64,000 nt of DNA from Podarcis erhardii (taxonomy: Eukaryota). This document shows, piece by piece, positions 14,420 to 27,613 of this stretch. Position 1 is the stretch's first letter. Every line of letters begins with the position of its first letter. The notes under the pieces were generated by a model. The model saw nothing but the letters and a program-made list of their open reading frames with translations. It did no database searches and was not told the DNA's origin. The position numbers were made by a program, and so were the translations under genes. The stretch lies in assembly GCA_964252035.1 (NCBI GenBank), contig OZ176203.1, one strand, 5' to 3'.

Positions 14420-16275
14420 TTTTTTTTAAAAAAAAAAATTATTGGATTTGCACATTTTATAACAACACATACAAAAAAAACAACACACATGAATATTTTC
14501 ATATCCTTACTTTCATAACCCTCTTTCCCTGACTTCCCCCCACCCCCCCATACACCCCAATTTCCATATTTAATTCAGCAAGTTCTTGTTTCTCTCCTTA
14601 ACCCTATTCTTATTATATTTAGACTTAATTCTTTCTGTTAGGCCCAATTTATTGTCCCATTCACTTATATACATTAGATCCTTTATCTAAGATCGATCAA
14701 GGTTCTTATACCATAAATTTCCCTTTTTTATATTGAAATATCAATCAAAATTATAAAACCCCAAAATCATAAAATTTTTGAATTCTGTTTTTCCCCCTTC
14801 CTCCCTGCCCAGGTATCTGTCCCTTCCCAAATAACTGTCCTCCCATGAAACTCCTAGCCCGGATTCCTCACATCAGAGGCCTTTAAGTCTCTTTCAGTCT
14901 CTCTCTGTCTGTTCTGTTGGTAGTCTTTTTTGTTGGTCTTCAGATCTCGAGGGATGTCTGCCACAGTCATTTCATCTTTTCTCGAATCAAACCTAATTGG
15001 AAAAGCTTGCTGCCAGGGTTCTGCCAGGGGTCCCCGAATTTCAAAGTCATCCAAGCCAGAAAAGAGGAGGAAGTCCCAGTTATGTTTCTTTACTCTTTTA
15101 ACTTCCCATGTTCCATAGTGTCCAATGGCTTCCTCCTTTGCTTTTCTCTTCTCATGGTTTGTAATCCAAAAAACTTCTCTGTTCCCTGACTGCAAAAGGT
15201 CCTGTTCGAAATTTTTTATCTGTACTTTTTCCCCTCCAGCCTCCTTTTCCACCAGCTCCAAAGATATCTTTTCTGTTTCAGCTGCAGAATCTTTCAGAGT
15301 CAGATCCTTAGTTCCATCAGCAAGGTTGCTTGTTTTAGCGATCAAGGTCGTGAGTTGTTCGTCCATAGCCATAGCTTGCTCTTGTAAAGTTCCCACGAGA
15401 AAAAAGGCTCTTTCTATTTGTGCTAGTAATTTTCCTTCTGCAGCCATTGTAGTGTCACTGGTTCCCCCTAGGGGAATTGCCATTGTTAGAGTTCTTTGCC
15501 AACAGTCTTATACCTTGTTATTTACTTTGTTTCTAACCACTTCTAGTTAAATGTAACACCTTTAAATCAGAGAGATATAAAGTAATGCAGTTCTTATCTT
15601 GATCCAGCCATTTGACAGCTCAATTAACAGCTGTCAAACTCCTGTTCTTTCACGCTAGGTTGATGCAGGACGCTCCCGGGTCCAGGGGGGGGGTACACAA
15701 AAGTTTTCAAAGTTCACCTCTTCCCTCCAGCGCAACTTAAAAATAAATAAAAGCTTGTTCTCACAAATTAATGGAATCTCTTATCAGTCCCAAAAGACAC
15801 GAAATTTTTTATTCCGATCTTAGGTTTTCGCTCCTTGCTTTAAATTGTCTGTATGTAGGGGGGTGCGGACTTCCCTTTAGCACATCCCCCCGTTCGTTCC
15901 AAATTAAAGGTATAAATTTCTTTTGAAGTCCAAATTTCCTTCTACTCACGGGGTATTTATTTCCAGTCCAAATGTCGGGAAGAAAGTTGACGCTCTCCGG
16001 TAATGGCTTGCGGCTTCACTCCACTGAAGTAGCGGTCTACTCCCAGCACCACGCCATTCCTCGTACCCTCTCCGCAGCCTTTAAAAAGTCTCTTCGATTG
16101 TCGAGGAGGGCGCTTAAGGTGCCCACTGAGTCACCAAGTCCACAGGTATCAGCACCTGTGGTTTCTAAGGGTCCCCGCGTCGCCGGCGCGGCAAGACCCG
16201 TCTTCAGCGGAGCCGATTCCCTCCGGAGCTCGGAGGGAATCCGCCATTAGACCGATCGCGTCAACCCGGAAGTCC
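14420..16275 (-). mobile_element. 1.86-kb non-autonomous L1-type (HAL1-like) retroelement with a single 209-aa ORF (14854-15483)
   Basis: 19-bp TSD CTCATTTTATCTGTTTCTA (14401-14419, 16276-16294); poly(A) tail at the 14420 end; CpG-rich 5' end; no RT or EN sequence. Confidence 0.8.
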
Positions 16276-17231
16276 CTCATTTTATCTGTTTCTAAAACCA
16301 TTAGTCACTGTTGGGACAAAACCAAGAAACAGGTGACCATAATGTGAAAAGATCCATGCAACTGGACACTCAGTTCCCAGTCTCAATCTTGCCAAATATA
16401 CATTTAATCAGGTTAGGCTATTCCTGGTTGAATAATAAATGTATCCAGATATTGCAAGGGGGAGGAATGAGCTACCACATTCACTCATTTTCCTGTTTTT
16501 CAGATCAAAATTGCCCTCCAGGGTGTGTTTCCCTTTTTGGATGATTATGCAGCTCTGGATGCTGTGAGTGATTTTGAGCTGAAAAATAAGTAGCAGGGAA
16601 AGAGTTAGGCAGGTCTTCTCCAGCCACTACTGACTAAAAATTGATTGAGCCTTGGAAGAGACATATATAATTGAGTCCTTGCTTTGAACAGAGTTGGCTT
16701 TATGGAAAAAAATCTTCAGGAGATCTGAATTGCTGCTTAAGTGCTTGCATAGCTGGTAATCTAAACTCTTACCAAGATCTGCATAAAACTAGTTGGACAC
16801 ATACATTAGATATTGTTAAAGGCATGGTTTCTTGTCCAATTTAGTCATGTTCTTTAAGTTTAGCTTGACAAATGTAGATACGATTTCTTTTGGCATTCAC
16901 CTGTTTTATTTGCACGAAAGTGTGTATATATATTTAAAAATCTTATCTTCTGTTTTTTGAAAATGAACTGTTTCAGTCGACATGCTTCATATGCACACAC
17001 TTGTCATATAAGCAATGGTGATTTCAGTGTTCTGGAAAAAACCCCATTTAGAACAGGTTGGGTGAAATTTCATTATTAGTTTAATATTCCTGTGGATGTT
17101 GTCTTCTGACCTTACTTAAATACTCAGAAAACAATTTCATAGCTTTTTGCTCTGGGTAATGTTCTTTCCTCTTGGTGGTTCTTTAATTATCTTTGTTGTT
17201 ACTGAACTTTGTGCAGCACACTTCTGAGATT

Positions 17232-17358
17232 TTACAATGGGTTGTTCATGCAGAGATTGGATGGCCATCTACCATGCTTTAGTTGAGTTTGCTGCATTAC
17301 AGGGCGTTGGACTAGATGACCCTTGGCGTCCTTTCCAACTGTACAATCCTTTGATTCT
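17232..17358 (+). mobile_element. CR1 3' end fragment
   Basis: ttggactagatgaccctt..gtcctttccaac..tgattct terminal motif. Confidence 0.7.
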
Positions 17359-19272
17359 CTGTGTGGGGAGAGGTGAACTAAACAAGTAGATATTGGATTC
17401 AAGCATCCATGAGATCTCTGTTTTGGAATTAATATGTCTTCAATGAGGAGCGTAAGCTAAGGTCTGCTTCCAATCTGTTCCTGTAAAAAAATGAGAAGTA
17501 ATTTTATCATGGGTCCATCCTAGGATAACTACATTGCAAGTATTTTGTATGGGTAGTTGTACTCCAACTTCATTGGAGCGTGTGGGGAAGACACCCCTGG
17601 TTTAGAATAATTGTGAGACAAGAATTTTCCATGGGTATTTTGAATGGAATGGAATATATACTGGAGGAGCAAGCAGTACATCTGTATCCAGCTAATTTTC
17701 TTGATGAGCCACTTAACTGAGCAATGGACAGTAAACCAGCTGTTCAGCTTCAATTTCTTAAAAGTTATCTGCTAGAAAACTTTATTGCTGTATTTAGTAG
17801 TAGGCACTGCACCTTAGGGCCAGCTTTAACCCAATGTCTGACTTCTGCTGTAGCTTACTGAATACTTATTTTGATGAGCAGGAAGCTTCTCTAGTGACAT
17901 GAGTTTATGGGTCATTAAGTAAGTGCTTGCTTATTATATACAGCTCAGAGTTCATAATTTTATACTGTCTGAAAACTCAGCAGGGCTTTCTTCACTGTCA
18001 GCAAGGATACAGCTTGTAAATAAGGATAGGTGCATTTCATAGTAAACCTTTGAGAGCATATTGTGTGTGTGTGTTTCTGAATTGTTGAGTAATCACTGTT
18101 CTTGGAATTACTTTTATTACTTCATATTTACTTTGATAGGCAAGATGATACCTTAATTTTATAAACACGTCTGGGGTTTGAATGTACACCTTCAAAGCTT
18201 AAAATTAAAAGTATTTCATTATCACCTGTGTGTACCAGTAAAAACAGTTGTAATAAGAGATTATATGCCTTTCTTTGTGACCAACTCTTTGCGACTAAAT
18301 ATGTTAACTTGACATGGACAACATTTCAAGGAAAAATTGTCTATCTCCTTTTGAGACATTTATGCCAGAACTTCCAAGGTTTCTCTTTTGAACAGTTGGA
18401 TTGTATTTAATGAAATCTTACTCAGAGTAGACCCACTGAATTTACTGGGCTTAAGTTAGTCAAATCTACTGATTTCAGTGGACTTACTCTGCCTATATTT
18501 GTTCATTTACAACCCATTATTTCCAAACCCAGTCCTTTCTGTCCTCTGGAATCTGTTCATAAATTCAGGTGTAAGAATTTAGTATCCTGGTTAGAGGTAT
18601 GTAGTAGGCAAAGCTTTTGGTTTGACCTGGCACTACATATTTCAAACAAGTCTTAGTTTATTTGAAGTGATATAGATGTGACTTTTCTAATGAAATGTCA
18701 GAAATATTAGGACCAAACTGTACAAGCAAGCTTGTTCTGCAATCCTATTGGATTTTCCTGGGAGTGAGTCCTATTAAATTCCGCAGGACTTACGGTATTT
18801 CTGAGTAAATATGCACAGGATTGCACTGCGAGTCAAGGTGGAATCTAATTGGTGTCCCCAATTGGGAAGTGGAGGGAAAGTGATATTGTCTTCCTACTGC
18901 TCCCCATGCCACCCTGTTCTGGAGTGTTTCCCCCATCTCTCTGGCACTGATGTTTTATGGGTGCTGCGGGGGAGGGGGAATGCCTCCCTTTCTTTTACAT
19001 TAGTAGGGGTATCTGTCTGCAGGATCAAAAGTTCCTCAGTTAAGTGCAAGGGCACCAACTGGAATCCACTCCAAACTATTTTGGCTTGTTGACTCCTCTC
19101 AACTTCCTTTTCCAAGCCACGGCAAGTCAAATGACCAGAGTCAGAAATTTTACTTGCAAATTGTTTCCTATTCCACCAATCAAACCAAATATATGTTCTC
19201 ATCTAGTTCTAGTTTGAGTTTCAGACTAAGGGATGTTGGGAGTGCCCTGGTGTTTTTCCTTCTTTTCCATAG

Positions 19273-19434
19273 CCAAGAAAGTATCGACTGGGGATGCTGG
19301 AGGAGAGAATAGTTCCGGTGGGATCAAAGGCAAGAAAATCAAAGAACACTATTGGCTGCTTGGCTGACAGGTGTAAAACAGGAGTACCCATCAATATGGT
19401 TTGGTGGAACAGAGTCACAGAAAACAATTTACAG
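19273..19434 (+). CDS. PAN3: PAN3 exon 5, 162-bp cassette exon (54 aa; PRKYRLGMLEERIVPVGSKARKSKNTIGCLADRCKTGVPINMVWWNRVTENNLQ)
   Basis: catag acceptor, CAG|gtaaaa donor, phase 0/0; size equals the 54-aa difference between human Pan3L and Pan3S. Confidence 0.9.
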
Positions 19435-22124
19435 GTAAAATTACTTTTTTCTAGTCACTTTAATGAATTTTGGCTACTATTTTTATTTTTTCAAAAATGC
19501 TGAAGTTAGATACATATGATGGGCAGAAATTTGGCCGAAATATTCACAGGTCAAATGTACAAATGACAACAAAAGTGACTATCTAATAAACTACACACTT
19601 CTCAACTAATGTTCTGTATCATCTAGTTTGGGTGGCAAGAGTAATCTATTTTAAGAAAACACTTTAGAAGTTGGAACTTATTTTCTTTGAAATAGCTGAA
19701 ATAATTTGAACAGTATTTAGACCCTCCAGATGTTGCTAGACTACAGCTCCTGTTATCACTAAACATAGGCTGTGCTGGCTGGGGCTGTGAAAAGTTGAGA
19801 GTCCATCAACATCTGGAGAACCGCAGATGTTTCAGAGAGCAATCGTAGTGCAAAACTATGTTATCTTATTTGTACTCCTTATCCTAGCCCACAGAAGAAA
19901 ACTCACTCAGCATCTAGTGACTTAAATTGCCTTTGGCTATCTTTGACGCTACTGTGAGTAGGAATAGATGTCTGGCACTTTCTGCCCTGTGATTAGCACC
20001 CTAGGGACTTTCAAAGGGCATTATTGCTATATGTTGTGTTGAGGCTCTAGATGGGTACTTGTTCCAGTGGAATAGAGAGGCACACTCAACCTCTAAGATA
20101 AAAACAGACTGAGACAAGAGTAGTTCACAGAATTAGCATGAGACTGGGAAGAATGGTCACCCAGTGAATTACCCCCCCCCCTTCTTACAGCTCTTGTTTG
20201 CTTCCGCTGTACATGGGAAAATAGCATTTTTACTGTTCTTTGTATAAATCATACTAATAGTTTTCTTGTGTAGTGCCAGGTAGTTAATGTAGCTTGTAGG
20301 CTATATTGTTGCACAAGTCAGAGGCGTTACAGAGGATGTTTTCCCCTTTAGGACTTGACTTACTCAGTGTTTGCTTTGGCTGATCTTAGGGTTAGAATGA
20401 CCTGATTTCAGTTAAACTGTGATTTGAAGTTAAGTGTGTCTTTGGTTTCACATCGGAAAAGTCATACAAAGAGAGAGAGAGAATGAACTCAAGCTGATTA
20501 ATTTAGTGTTGCTGTAGTGGTGGCGGTGTTTGTCAGTAGTTGAACTTAAGTATCCAAGAAGGAAGAATGGTTTACAGCATTCCATATTGTACATTATATA
20601 GAGAAGTCACAATGCATGTGCAAAGGGTACATGCTAAGTAGGTTGCCGAACTGAAAGGTTTTGTAGAAAAATGTGGCCTCTTCAAGTTTGTATTGTCCCC
20701 CCCCCCCCCCCCGTCTAGCAACCTGTGTTTCTCACTGCGTGTGCACACACACACACACACCTATATACACACACAGATTGCAACCTTGGTTATTTTAATA
20801 TATGAACACCACATTATCTGCTGCTTTTATGGAAATCATGGAAATTTTACTTCTCTATTCCACCGAAGAGCTCAACGTTGTGCGCTCCCCGCGCCCCCCC
20901 AAAAGAGTAAGGTTGCCTGAGAGAATGTCACAACTGTTTTTAGTTGCTAGGTTTATGAATATTGAAAAGAGCCAGATTGATGTACATAAACTAAGCACGT
21001 TTGCCTTGTTTGTATGGATGTTGTACTTCAGTTCTTGCACATCATGTATGATTTAATGGAATTTGCAGCATTAAATCGCTGCGTTGTGGTATAATACACC
21101 ACTTGCAGCAACATCTGCAGTAATTGTAGATTTGGCCTGTACATTCTGCAAATCTCTGTTTTATACATGTTGGTCCCTTAACATGTTTCCATTGCAGCTT
21201 GTAAAACAAAGATGTAGGGTCTCATTGTTACAACCCAGAGCCATTGCAAAGGACCAGGCTTCAGCATCAGCATAGCAGCAGTGCTGTTTCAGTACAGAAG
21301 TGGGGATAAAAGTCCCCCCAATGCAAGAATGATTTGACTTAGGAGAATCTCAAGCTGATATGGCTCTTACAGCCATCTAGACTACACTAGGTGGCCTAAC
21401 TTGCCCGTCCTCTCCCTCATGTTCACCTCCATTCTCCTTATCTGCAGCACAAATGAGCCAGGAAAGGGTGTGTGTACATTGTGTGGATTGCAAGATCTGC
21501 AGCCAGTGGATGAGAATCCAGCCCACTATCTCATGCTACTGAGCTCTTTTAATTGTCGTACTTCTAATTAATTCCACTATATTGTAGAGGTGGTTGATTT
21601 GTGGCCAGTCTGTAACCCTCCCGAGGATTCTGATACTGGAATTAGCCTTATACTGGGATTCTGAGAATCTTAGTGAGGTGGCAAAGCTGATGTTTATGAT
21701 GTTTGTTATAATACATTTTGGCCTTATTCTGTAAACGAGACATAAAAGTCATGATCTGAGGCATAATGGGGTCACATTGTGACCGTTGTGTTTTGAGTTT
21801 TTTAACTATCCATGTTGATCTCTTCTCAATATAAACTATTCTAGAAAGGACCATGACTTGGTATTTCATAAGGTCAGTTTAAAAAGGTCATGCATGTGCC
21901 ATTAACTAGGTTTTGATCAAGCAGAGTTTGTAATAAGACACATGGTTTCTTGCTGCTCTGTAAATTTAAATAATTTGTTAGTATAAACCTAACATGTACT
22001 AAAGTTAAAAAGGACCAAGCAGATTCCAGAAGTGTAGTTGTGTTAGTCTGTTATGATGCCACAGTCTCTTGACCTTCAAGGCACCGTAACATTCTTTGCT
22101 GAATCTTGAGAAATTCAGAAAAAC

Positions 22125-22969
22125 GGGGGGCCACTAGGGGGCGCATTGGAAGATGGCCAACAATACCATCTCTCCGACCCACACGGGGCAATTAAGAGGC
22201 TGTTATGGGAGTAGGCAGCCTCCCTTGTTGCCCCAAGGAAATGGGGAACACTGCCCTTGCCTGCTGTGCCCATAAATCACCCCCTAATTCGAAAAAAGGG
22301 GGTGAGGGCCCTAGGCAGAATGCCCCCGTGTGGACCTCGGCTCTCCTGGACGCTGTCTCTGATCGCGCACTAGTTGCAGCAATTTGGAATAATTAATTAC
22401 AAAAGAAGCAAATGCACATATTTCAAGTGAAGAAGGGGAGTGAAGTCTGCTAATTTAAGTGACCTCTGCGAAAGAAGACGACGGGCTGGAGAAACAGGAA
22501 TATTTTACGATGAAGATACACCAAAGGCGGGGTATGTTGACAACGGGGCTGAATGGGGGGGGGACCTTTTTTACTTTCCTTCTATGTGATTTACAAGAAC
22601 CCCTCCTCATTAGAACCGTCGGTTGAACTGACCCAAGCAGGATGATTAAGGTCTGTGTGGAGATAAACTTTAACCAAAAGTATGCTTTATGGAGACCGAG
22701 AAGCAATAAGAGCTTTTGGCAATGGCGCAACAAGAGATGTGGAAAAATAATAAGAAAGGACTGGATAGTACTGTGAACATCACTGTGAACATTTGTGGAC
22801 ATTAAAATAGCAGTAAGAAGCAAGAAGTTGATTGGATCCCTTCGGAACTTGAAATATGGGTACCCCCAACAAAAATTTAAAATTCGGCTGTGTAATTTGG
22901 AATTTGTGTAATTTGGTTTGATTTGATGTGATTGGTCGGTCAATAAAAAATTATTCTTAAAAAAAAAGA
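22125..22969 (+). mobile_element. 845-bp non-coding TPRT-inserted element (L1-dependent SINE-like or internally deleted L1)
   Basis: 17-bp TSD GAGAAATTCAGAAAAAC (22108-22124, 22970-22986); AATAAA plus A-tail at 22942-22967; G-rich 5' end. Confidence 0.8.
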
Positions 22970-23149
22970 GAGAAATTCAGAAAAACACTTCCAGGATATT
23001 TCAGTTTTTTCCTGTATTTTAGAGTCTCATTTCAATTAAGCATTCAGATGTGTACATGATGACAGATTTGGCCCTTGTTTGCTAAATTGTTTACTCTTCC
23101 ATCTAAAGAAGTATGTTGTGGCCCTTAGTTGGAATTTGTGAAGGTACTA

Positions 23150-23868
23150 CCGTATTTTTCGTCCCATAGGACACTCCATCCCATAGGACGCACCTACTTT
23201 TTTGTGGGGGGTGGGGGAAATAAAGGAAAATTTTTTTTTCTTTATTCCCCCCCAAAAAAAAACCAGGTCGGGGAACAGTGGGATGGCGGCGCTGTGCCTC
23301 CCCGCTGTCCCCTGAGCTTGTGGGGCTGGCCGATGTCTGTCCGGCGTGCGGGGTGCTCTGCTTCAGGGCACCATGCGCGCCGGGCGGCAGGCTGCTATCC
23401 GCAGCGTGGGGAGCCCTGCGGGGAACTCCTGCAGGGCTCCCCACGCTGTGGATGTCTGTCCGGCGGGCGGCAGGCTGTGGACACCTGCGCGAAGCACGGG
23501 GCGTCCTCCAAAGGGTGCTCCGCGCAGCCGGCTGCCGCCCGCAAGCCCTGCGCGCCGGGGGAGTTCCCCCGGGCGCACAAGGCTTGCGGACACCTGCGCG
23601 AAGCACGGAGCGTCCTCCGGAGGGCGCCCCGTGCTCCGCGCTGCCGGCTGCCTCCCGCAAGCCGTGCGCGCCCGGGGGGAGTTCCCCCGGGCACACAAGG
23701 CTTGCGGATAGCTTCCTGGAGCCTGGAGAGCGAGAGGTGTCGGTGCGCACCGACGCCTCTCGCTCTCCAGGCTTCAGCGAAAGCCTGTATTCACCCCATA
23801 GGACGCACACACATTTCCCCTTCATTTTTGGAGGGGAAAAAGTGCGTCCTATAGTGCGAAAAATACGG
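23150..23868. mobile_element. Tigger/pogo-like MITE, 719 bp, with GC-rich tandem and hairpin interior
   Basis: Perfect 12-bp TIR CCGTATTTTTCG / CGAAAAATACGG, TA TSD; internal 109-bp and 118-bp repeat units at 23479-23705. Confidence 0.9.
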
Positions 23869-24589
23869 TAGTTTGTTCCTGAACAGTTACAGCTTTGAGT
23901 TTTTCCCTTTTGTTGCTTCCTTAAACAGTAAATGCAATTCTAGAAAAGCAATTTGAATTTATTCTTCTAGACCATGAATGAAGAACCCAAGGTCTGTAGA
24001 CAGTAAAAGACTCTTACACATCATTTATGTGTAACCACTTGCAACCAGCTACAACATGTTATCTGTTAATTTGGTATCTCTCCCTCTTCCCTGGTCCAGC
24101 TTCAGCCCATCTTCAGTGAGGATGAGAATGTTGTACCTTAAGAAGATACAGAAGATGCTTGCCTTAAGGCTGTGTGTTGTGGGGGGGAGCATGCTAGTAA
24201 TAGACCTGACAATAGAAGCAGAGCCTGAGGATCATAGTGCTTGTTTGAGAAAACCTATGTTGTGGGGAAAGGTTTTGTGCCTGAGTTCTGGCAAAAAGGG
24301 GAGAAACAATGTCTGTCTGCTTTGAAGAAAATGTGTACATGTCTGTTTTAAGGAAGAGGGAGAATGTTTATTGCTGTGATAGGTGCATACATTGATTTAT
24401 GTAGAATATATTCAGGTATTTGTTGAGATTCCCTCAGGGTCCCTTCCAACTCTGCAATTTTATGATTCAATGTGGAAAAAGGAAATGGGAGTAGTGTAAT
24501 TTTTAACATGTGTGAAGACAGTTGGCTAATCAGCATTTTTATACTATGTGAACAACTTAGCTTTATATTTTTCATTAAGCTGCATATGT

Positions 24590-24662
24590 TGTTGTTTAGT
24601 TGTGTCCGACTCTTCGCGACCCCATGGACCAGAGCACGCCAGGCACTCCTGTCATCCACTGC
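24590..24662 (-). mobile_element. BovB (RTE) LINE extreme 3' fragment
   Basis: Reverse strand encodes DRSAWRALVHGVAKSRTQLN followed by a (CAA)-type tail. Confidence 0.8.
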
Positions 24663-27613
24663 ATATATATTCTGCTAAATAAGTAAAAATAAAATTGGCA
24701 ATTTGGACTTTAAATGCTTGCGTTAACTGTCCTATTTATATCCTGTACTTGAGATTTTATTAATGGTATAAGGATGTAAAATGAGGACCTATGCATTCAT
24801 TTGAATCAAAGAGATAGTGAACAAAATATTTGTTCTTGATTGAATCAACAGCCAACTTGCCAATTTTTTAATTTATAAAAAACCAGAGAAGATATTCACT
24901 AATTAATTAACCTGATCAAACTAAAATGAAATCTTGTTTATGAACAAAACCCTTGTTTATGAATACTGCTTTTGTCTTAGAAGCCAAGTCTCCTACCTAG
25001 AACTCTTTTTTCTCTTTCGGAAAATTGCCTTGGAAGTGAAGGCTGACCTTAACATTAGCTGTAATACAACCACCTTGAATTTCCTCCCACCACTTTCATG
25101 TGTATCTTTGGCAGACTATCTGGTATCCCAGCAGGGTTATCTCTCCCCCTTTATTGAAGAATTATCACACCAATCTAAAAACCATATATAAAAAAATCAA
25201 AAAGAAAAATTGTGATAGCGCTCATTTAACACGAATGGAAAGAGTAAATACTAAATGACATAAGTACATTGGGTAAGACAGATCCATGAGCACAGTCACC
25301 AGATTTAAAATACACTCAAACACAAGTAGGGGTGAAGTTAATTTTAAATTTTATTATTCTGCTAATGAATAAAAATGCTCAATTTAGCTATATCTTGGTC
25401 ATTTTACTGTTTCCCCTCTCTGACTCTAATTATGCTAAGCTTTTGTTAGCTAACTAATGACTAACCATACTGTGATTAATAGATCTATTATCATTTCTCT
25501 GACATCTGGTAGTATTGTATCTTTTACATAGCCCAGTAGAACAACCAGTGGCTCATCGAACTTTTTTGACAGTTTAATGTTGGAAGTGTGGTGCTTAGTT
25601 GGTTGATAGGGCCAAAGGATACCCTAAATTTATCAGGCAGCAGGTTTTTTAAAGATAACTCTGTCCAGGCCATCTTAGGCGCTGACGGAAGACACTCTTT
25701 ACCACAGACAAAGCTGAACCCAGGAGTACACACAGACCAGGAACATAGTCCTTTAGGGGGAGTGCAGCCCATCCAGAACAGGTCTCTTTGCTCAGGTGAA
25801 CCACCTAAATCTAGAACTTCTGTTTATTGGCCTGCATCTGTCATGTGATTGTTTCTTTTGCTTTACTAATTCCAGGCACTGGATAGAAGAGGCACTGCCA
25901 CTTTCTGCTTTCACAGGAGGAAGTGCCTGTTCTGAAATGATGCTTGCTATGAAATGTGTACGCATCATTTAAAAATTGTGTGATTTCTTCAGAATTACTT
26001 TATGACCATGAACATATATACAGATTTTATATCTACATGCCTTAAGGGAACTGTTTCTCCCGGTGGCTTAAACAAGTTTGTCCTGTTGTGATGGATTTAT
26101 TGTGGTTTTTCTCTTGTGTAAGCAGACCTGTTTGTCATATTTAACAGAAAGGCAGCATCTACATGTTCTGAATACTGAATTGATTTAATAGGTGTATGAT
26201 CAACCAAGATGTCTTTAACTGGATGATAGCACTAATTAATATCAATGCAGAGTTTATCTCTCAACTCCAAAAACATGAGGGCAAAGTCAAAAATGTAAGT
26301 GAAGAATTTGCCACTTATTTGCTATATGCTAATATAGGAGAGGGGAATTGGTTCTGGCCAGTGGGCTGGATCCAGAATTCCCCCACTCTTTGTGGGCTAC
26401 TTTGACAGATGGGTAGGGCTGCCTACCTGTCAGTCACCTGGTGTCTTCAGGTGATTCAACTTCAAAGGAAGAATCAGAGGTGTGTTCTAAATGCATTTCT
26501 GATACTTCCTTTCTTCTTTTGTAGCCATGCCTTGAATTGAAGCTGCAGAAGCAAAGGAAGAATCAGGAGCACCATCTAAATGTGCTCTGGATTTTTCCTT
26601 TCTGGTTGTAATTTGGTGTTTTTTGAATATGATGTCAGGTGATGGACAGGTGGATGTGGGCCAAATTGGGAGGCCTGGCAGGTACACTTAGGGGGCTTAA
26701 GGTTCCCCACTGTTGTGATAATGCTCTACATTTAGTTTGCTTGTTAATTTGTATTCTGCCTTTGGTCCAAGTTGCCCAGAACAGTGTTTAACTTCTCAAC
26801 AACCTTGCAAGGATTGTTCTACTGAGAAATTGTAATTTGTTCCAGTTAGCTTTCTGACAGCATCAGGTTTTGAATTAAAATTTCCCAAACACAACTTCAG
26901 CTTGTTTAAAAGTATCTAATGTAGAAAATCCTTAGAATTAAAGGGAAATGAACATCTTTAAAAATAAACATGTGGAACAGAGATTAAAATGACTTCGCCA
27001 ATAAAGGAGTTTTTGTAACTTAAAATAGGAAGCTTTCCTGAGAGCTGCTTACAATCTAGTTCTCTTAAGCATAATTGATTGCTCTAAGAGCTGGCCATTA
27101 TTAGCATAATTGATACTTCTAATTCCACTTATAAACTCATAGTATTCCCAGTTTCCTTGCCTCAAAATTTAGCTGAGCAGTGTGTAATGCAAACTTGTAG
27201 ATTATGAAGGAAGTTTTATGGAAACAGAATTTCAAGTAGGTTTCCTCTGACCAGGATTCAAGGAATGCATATCTCCAGTCAAGGGAGCTATACCTAGCTC
27301 ATAGAATGTACAACTCTTTTCTTTGGGCCACAGAAAGGCATGTCTTATTACAAACTCTATTAGGTTTTGAAAGGTTTGCAATGCAGTATGCTGAGAATTG
27401 TCGGGGGGGGGGGGGCAACAGTTCTAAAAAACCCGTTCAACTTTTGGAATTACCGGTAGTTGTAGTTCTTTGGATCCTGGCCTATGTCTGTTAGTTTTTA
27501 ATAACCTACTAAAAATGTTTGTGTTCTTAACTTTAAATCCACTAATTTATTCAGTAAACAAATCTATTTTCACACTTAACACATACTCTGTTTTAAATTT
27601 TTTTTTTAAACAG

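Noticed and set aside
14917-15550. Plus-strand ORFs (62-141 aa)
   Set aside because: Antisense shadows of the 209-aa minus-strand ORF of the retroelement
20800-21060. 84-aa ORF and CpG-containing patch in PAN3 intron 5 as an alternative exon
   Set aside because: No convincing splice sites or homology could be established from the sequence alone
23479-23705. CRISPR-like repeat structure
   Set aside because: Eukaryotic context; two adjacent degenerate tandem units with no unique spacers and no cas genes
23103-23871. Six overlapping long ORFs (up to 241 aa) on both strands
   Set aside because: Artefact of the stop-poor GC-rich tandem interior of a MITE; low-complexity A/R/G/P translation
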